From: Halobacteroidaceae bacterium
GTDB lineage: Bacteria; Bacillota; Halanaerobiia; B1SED10-174
Length of the DNA: 64,000 bases
NCBI GenBank assembly: GCA_003554585.1
Contig: PWGV01000093.1
Span: 1,043-65,042 of the forward strand
Reading direction: 5' to 3'
The notes below the pieces were generated by a model. The model was given only the letters and a program-made list of their open reading frames with translations, did not search any database and had not been told where the DNA came from. Positions 59,503 to 64,000 of the stretch are shown in pieces (positions within the stretch are counted from its first letter, which is position 1; each line of letters begins with the position of its first letter). A program made the translations under genes and the position numbers.

Positions 59503-60285
59503 CTATTTGAGTCTTGCCATGCAATCCAGCCAGTCCTGGGGGGAAAAATTCCCTTCTCCCCCTTTTTGGGCCAGGAGAAAAAATTCCTGGTTCCCGCTAA
59601 CTCCCCTTGGAGAAGCTGGAGCAAGTCCAACAAATCCCAGCCCATTTTCCTTTTTAGAATCCGCAACTTTTTTTACTGCAAAAAGCTGGTCGGTTTCTTT
59701 GCGAACCAGCCCTTTTTTGCCAATTTTTTCCGGACCTACTTCAAACTGCGGTTTGGCCAGCGTTAGAAAAAAACCTCCATCTTTCAGAGCAGTTACAAGG
59801 GCCGGAATAACTTTGGTCGCAGAAATAAAAGAAAGGTCCAGGACTATGAAGTCCAATTTTTCTTTAATAAAATCCGGAGAAAAATAACGGAGATTATAGT
59901 TTTCGATAACAATAACCCTGGGATCAATTCGAAGCTGGGAGTCCAGCTGGTTTTTTCCAACATCCACTGCATATACCTTGCGGGCCCCGCGCTGTAAAAG
60001 ACAAGAAGTAAAGCCTCCGGTAGAAGCTCCCCCATCAAGAACAACCATGTCTCTGGGAGCAAAATTTAACTGGTCAAGGGCATGGGCAAGCTTAATTCCT
60101 CCCCGCCCGGGGTAAGGAACCTGCGGGGCCACATCTATTTGGGCGCCGGCTTTTATTTTTGCCGCAGGCGTTTTAATTATTTCGCCTTCTACCGTTACTT
60201 CTCCTTTACGTATTGCTGTTTGCGCCTTATTTCTTGAAGAAAAAAGCCCTAGTTCTACGAGCAAAAGGTCCAATCTTTTCTCCAT
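59503..60285 (-). CDS. tlyA: TlyA-family rRNA 2'-O-methyltransferase
   Basis: MEKRLDLLL S4 domain, GRGGIKL, DGGASTGGFT, DLSFIS, KPQFE, GNQEF. Confidence 0.94.
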   Translation of the reverse strand: MEKRLDLLLVELGLFSSRNKAQTAIRKGEVTVEGEIIKTPAAKIKAGAQIDVAPQVPYPGRGGIKLAHALDQLNFAPRDMVVLDGGASTGGFTSCLLQRGARKVYAVDVGKNQLDSQLRIDPRVIVIENYNLRYFSPDFIKEKLDFIVLDLSFISATKVIPALVTALKDGGFFLTLAKPQFEVGPEKIGKKGLVRKETDQLFAVKKVADSKKENGLGFVGLAPASPRGVSGNQEFFLLAQKGGEGNFSPQDWLDCMARLK

Positions 60286-62179
60286 AATCTGAATCCCTTT
60301 TTGGTTTTTTTGAACGGGAAATCCAAAAATCCTCAATCCTATCCACCATATTATCAATATCAAGCCCGTTTTCCCGCAACAATTCACCAATATTTCCATG
60401 GGTAATAAACCGATCGGGAAGACCAAGATTTAAAACAGGTTTTTCAATCTTTCCCCGGGCCATAAACTCAAGAATAGCGGAGCCCATTCCCCCCGCTACA
60501 TAATTTTCTTCCAGTGTAACAACCATTGAAACATTTTTAATCCAGCTGGAAAGATTTTTTTCATCGAGGGGTTTAATAAACCTCAAGTCAGCAACACCTA
60601 CTGAATAACCTTTGGCCTCCAATATTTCTGCAACCTGATATCCATCCCAGACCATGCTCCCGCTGCCCAGGAGCAGGATATCCTTGCCCCTGCGGAGCAT
60701 TTCCCCTTCTCCCCGGTTGATGGGTTGATCACTCTGGAATGGCGGTTGGGGAACGCTTCCCCTGGGATAGCGGATTGCCACCGGCCCCTCACAACTCTGG
60801 GCCCAGGCAAACATCTTTTCCATTTCCACCCGATCCCGGGGAGCAAGAACCGTCATATTGGGTATATGGCGGAGGAAAGAAAGGTCAAAAACCCCGTGGT
60901 GGGTTTCTCCATCCGCCCCGACCAATCCGGCCCGGTCGATGGCAAAAATTACCGGGAGTTTGGGCAGGCAAACATCGTGGATAATTTGATCATAGGCTCG
61001 CTGTAAAAAAGTAGAATATATGGCAACCACGGGTTTTAAGCCTCCCCGGGCCATTCCAGCGGCAAGGGTAACCCCGTGTTGTTCCGCAATTCCAACATCA
61101 AAAAAACGGTCAGGGAATTTTTGGGAAAATTTATCAAGTCCCGTCCCATCGGGCATCGCAGCAGTAATAGCAACAATATTTTCATCCTTCTCCGCCATTT
61201 TACAAATTATGTCGCTGAAACAGCTCGTAAAGCTTTTTCCCTTGGAGCGGACTTTTCCCTCTCCATTTTCCAGGATAAAAGGTCCCGTCCCGTGAAAACG
61301 GGAAGGACTCTTTTCTGCCGGGTGATAACCCTTTCCTTTTTCCGTAATAGCGTGGATCAAAAGGGGGCCATCCAGTCTCTTACAGCGCTGAAAATACTGG
61401 CGAAGGGCGGAAATATCATGCCCGGAAACAGGGCCCAGGTAGGTAAAACCGAGCTCTTCAAAAAACACACCGGGAAGAACAAGGTACTTTAAGCTATCTT
61501 TAATCCGATCGGCGGCAAATGCCATCCGCCCGCCAATAGCCGGAATCCTCTTCATCAAAAACTCCGCGTCACTTCTCAGTTTTTGATAAACCGGTTCAGT
61601 GCGAATTCTTGCCAGGTAATTGGCCAGGGCCCCCACGTTTTTGGATATTGACATTTCATTATCGTTTAAAACCACTATTATTTTTTTGTTCAGGTGACCA
61701 ATATGATTCAGTGCTTCCAGGGCCATTCCTCCGGACAGGGCCCCGTCTCCAATAACTGCAATTATTTCGTGAGCCTCACCTTTTTGTTCCCGGGCCATTG
61801 CCAATCCCATTGCTGCGGAAAGGGAGGTACTGCTATGACCGGTTTCAACAATATCGTGTTCGCTTTCACTTCTTTTGGGAAAGCCACTAATTCCCTTGTA
61901 TTTGCGGAGAGTTTCAAATTCTTTTTGTCTGCCTGTCAGCAATTTATGGGCATAACTCTGATGTCCCACATCCCAGACAAGTTTATCCAGAGGGCTAGAG
62001 AAAACCGAGTGAAGGGCCACAGTCAATTCAACAACCCCTAAATTGGAAGCGAGATGTCCTCCATTTTTAGAAACAACATCAATTATTCTTTCCCTGATTT
62101 GATCAGAAATATTTTTAAGATCATTTGGATCACATTCCCGCAATATTTCAGGCCCTTTTATATCATCCAGCTTGATCAT
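60227..62179 (-). CDS. dxs: 1-deoxy-D-xylulose-5-phosphate synthase
   Basis: GGHLASNLG, WDVGHQSY, GDGALSGG, NDNEMSI, GIAEQH, YSTFLQR, DGETHHG. Confidence 0.98.
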   Translation of the reverse strand: MIKLDDIKGPEILRECDPNDLKNISDQIRERIIDVVSKNGGHLASNLGVVELTVALHSVFSSPLDKLVWDVGHQSYAHKLLTGRQKEFETLRKYKGISGFPKRSESEHDIVETGHSSTSLSAAMGLAMAREQKGEAHEIIAVIGDGALSGGMALEALNHIGHLNKKIIVVLNDNEMSISKNVGALANYLARIRTEPVYQKLRSDAEFLMKRIPAIGGRMAFAADRIKDSLKYLVLPGVFFEELGFTYLGPVSGHDISALRQYFQRCKRLDGPLLIHAITEKGKGYHPAEKSPSRFHGTGPFILENGEGKVRSKGKSFTSCFSDIICKMAEKDENIVAITAAMPDGTGLDKFSQKFPDRFFDVGIAEQHGVTLAAGMARGGLKPVVAIYSTFLQRAYDQIIHDVCLPKLPVIFAIDRAGLVGADGETHHGVFDLSFLRHIPNMTVLAPRDRVEMEKMFAWAQSCEGPVAIRYPRGSVPQPPFQSDQPINRGEGEMLRRGKDILLLGSGSMVWDGYQVAEILEAKGYSVGVADLRFIKPLDEKNLSSWIKNVSMVVTLEENYVAGGMGSAILEFMARGKIEKPVLNLGLPDRFITHGNIGELLRENGLDIDNMVDRIEDFWISRSKKPKRDSDYGEKIGPFARRTRAFFFKK

Positions 62180-62730
62180 TTGCTGCGCCCTCCTTTTCTT
62201 TTGCTCGGGTTAAAGCCCTGGACAATAGCTATGAAATTCCCCACAAAACCAATAATTTCATTAGCCCTGTTTATCCCAATTCCCTTGCAAAACCCTTTTC
62301 CGCCCACCGTTAAAGCGGCCGCAAGGGCTACAATTGTTATATTTAAAACTGCTTCACTTAAATCAACCGCGAAGGCCAGGCGAACTACAATCATTGCACC
62401 CAGTGCCCCACTAACAGTTCCGCAAATATCCCCAACAATATCGCTGCAAAAGGTTGCTACTCTATCTGCATTCTGGACAAGTTGCAGACCTGTTCTGGCT
62501 CCAAAATCTTTCCGGGCCGCCCGGGCGTTAAACGGGGCAACATCAGCCGCTGCTGCAGCAACCCCAATCATATCAAAAACAACACCAGTAGCTATAATAA
62601 GGAGAAAAACAATTGTCGCCAGGAAGGAGGTCAGGTTAGCAACCGCCAAACGGGAAAAAGCCACCACCAGGATGGCAATAAAAAAAGTGGAGATGCCCAT
62701 TGTTATTCCCGTCTGGAGGTTCTTGTTCAA
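62176..62730 (-). CDS. oapA: OLE-associated protein A (membrane protein)
   Basis: Directly 3' of OLE RNA and 5' of dxs; hydrophobic; FDMIGVAA..PFNARAA..GA..NADRVATFCSDIVGDICG (DxxxD)..TVGGKG. Start TTG 62730. Confidence 0.9.
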   Translation of the reverse strand: MNKNLQTGITMGISTFFIAILVVAFSRLAVANLTSFLATIVFLLIIATGVVFDMIGVAAAAADVAPFNARAARKDFGARTGLQLVQNADRVATFCSDIVGDICGTVSGALGAMIVVRLAFAVDLSEAVLNITIVALAAALTVGGKGFCKGIGINRANEIIGFVGNFIAIVQGFNPSKRKGGRSK

Positions 62731-62758
62731 TACTTTTCCCCCCAAAAAATAATTCCAG

Positions 62759-63338
62759 GTGCATCGGCGGTAATAGACCGGATAAATGCTGCGGCTTAGG
62801 TCCAGCAGGCTTTCCCAGTGATCTCCAAAAGGTTGCCCTTTTTGGCGGTTTCCCTTTAAATCACTCTGCAATGTTGCCATAAGCAGGGCTGGATTACCAC
62901 TCAGACCACACTTCAATCCCCGGTCTATCCCCACAGCGGGACAGCCTAGAAGTTTTCCTTGACAGCCTTAGTTACTCCCTAGCTTCTTTTGCAGTAAGGG
63001 TTTCAGAGGTAAAGGAACTACTTCCTAGGGCCCCTGGGAAGTTGAACTTAATACCCTCCTCTCCCCTTACCACTCAAAGCAGGCTACACTGCAGCTACCT
63101 TGCGGTTTCTGCAGGTTCCCCAGATACCAGCTCCCGACTTGTATCCGGGCCTCCGCGGAATCAGGGTCTACGCCCACATGCCATTGTGGATCGCCCCGAA
63201 TTCCTTAACTCCCAGCTATGACCCCCGACTGGGCGTCAGTAGCCATAACCAGGAACTTCATCGATGTGCCCTTTGACGGATTTTTAGGCCCGCCTTCAAA
63301 AGTACAAAGCTGACTAGAATACTGCACCGCCGATGCGC
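62759..63338 (-). ncRNA. ole: OLE (ornate, large, extremophilic) RNA
   Basis: Minus strand reads GGTGCAGTATTCTAGTCAG..TTTTGAAGGCGGGCCTAAAAATCCGTCAAAGGGCACATCGATGAAGTTCCTGG, matching OLE as I recall it. The 5' GCATCGGCGGT pairs with the 3' ACCGCCGATGC; length ~580 nt; canonical ispA-ole-oapA-dxs context. Confidence 0.93.
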
Positions 63339-63343
63339 AATTA

Positions 63344-63372
63344 ATTATAACATAACCGCTTATTACAAGCAA
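63344..63372 (-). promoter_or_regulatory. sigmaA promoter for ole-oapA
   Basis: TTGCTT-17bp-TATAAT with extended -10 TG, ~6 nt upstream of the OLE 5' stem. Confidence 0.75.
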
Positions 63373-63375
63373 TTA

Positions 63376-64000
63376 TCACCTGTCCCGGGAAAAAACAAAA
63401 TCAGCCAGTTCAATAAAAATCTTCCCTTTATTTCCCAGTTTAGCAGCAGCTTTTTGGGCTTCCAGGCGCTTTTCCTCTGCTTTTTTCTTTGCTCCGTCAA
63501 TGCCAAGAAGAGAAGGGTAGGTGGATTTCCGGAGAGCAGCATCCTTTTGCCCGGCTTTTCCAGTTTTTTCAGGGTCTCCAACTACATCCAGTAAATCGTC
63601 AGTAATCTGGAATAATAGACCCAGTTCCTGCCCATAATCCTCCAAGGCTTTTAATTCCTCTTCGGGAGCACCGCCTAAAATTCCTCCGCTAACAACCGAG
63701 GCCGTGATTAAAGCACCTGTCTTTTTACGGTGGATCTCTTCCAATTGTTTGAGGTTAAGTTTCCGCCCTTCCCCCTTTAAATCCAGATACTGGCCCCCCA
63801 CCATTCCTTCTGGCCCTGAAGCTTTCAAAACTTTGTCCATGGCCCTTTGGACGGTTTCCGAGGGGAAATCCCTGCCTGTAGAAACCATCAGTTCAAAAGC
63901 CAGGGAAAGCAAAGCATCTCCAACCAGTAGGGCATTGGCCTCTCCATAAACCCGGTGAGTAGTGAGCCTGCCCCTGCGGAAATCATCATCATCCATAACC
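63376..64000 (-). CDS. ispA: farnesyl diphosphate synthase (5' part outside the window)
   Basis: MDDDDFRRG, LVGDAL, GMVGGQYLD, KTGALI, FQITDDLLD, KSTY. Confidence 0.95.
   Translation of the reverse strand, partial: VMDDDDFRRGRLTTHRVYGEANALLVGDALLSLAFELMVSTGRDFPSETVQRAMDKVLKASGPEGMVGGQYLDLKGEGRKLNLKQLEEIHRKKTGALITASVVSGGILGGAPEEELKALEDYGQELGLLFQITDDLLDVVGDPEKTGKAGQKDAALRKSTYPSLLGIDGAKKKAEEKRLEAQKAAAKLGNKGKIFIELADFVFSRDR

Noticed and set aside
60227-60426. Possible dxs/tlyA frameshift or fusion at the A7 tract (59-bp overlap)
   Set aside because: Both proteins are complete, and no single indel gives a clearly better gene model.
62731-62934. N-terminal extension of the oapA ORF and overlapping plus-strand ORFs
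   Set aside because: Falls inside the OLE RNA; oapA more plausibly starts at TTG 62730.

Overview
This is a 64-kb core-chromosome segment of an anaerobic Firmicute (Bacillota). The OLE RNA, a very acidic, Lys-poor secreted binding protein and the absence of a lipobox suggest an extremophile, possibly a diderm Halanaerobiales/Limnochordia-like lineage (inference). Almost all genes are on the minus strand, in this order: ispA-OLE RNA-oapA-dxs-tlyA-nadK-argR-recN-spo0A; a sigma54/BkdR-type amino-acid oxidation operon (PheDH-like and LeuDH dehydrogenases, two buk, ptb, 2-oxoacid:ferredoxin oxidoreductase); nudF-yqxK-ald-deoB-punA-pdp-lysA; a C26 hydrolase with a sigma54 activator; DHH-CBS tRNA nucleotidyltransferase, site-2 protease, trpS, scpAB, rluB, spoVS, smc, ftsY; ylxM-ffh-rpsP-khpA-rimM-trmD-rplS-rbgA-rnhB; topA-trmFO-hslVU-codY-cheC-cheD-rpsB. 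The single plus-strand block (48786-55463) is the most unusual feature: a peptide/nickel-family ABC importer with a circularly permuted binding protein, a DppC permease carrying an inserted ~280-aa seven-blade beta-propeller, and two fused ATPases with an extra domain in the Fe-S tail. Other observations: sporulation, flagellar, xer and competence genes are missing from their usual syntenic slots although spo0A is intact; two genes have +1 homopolymer frameshifts; and the tRNA nucleotidyltransferase has a DxD>NxD change. No CRISPR arrays, tRNA, rRNA or mobile elements were recognised. All calls come from reading motifs by eye; no database searches were run.
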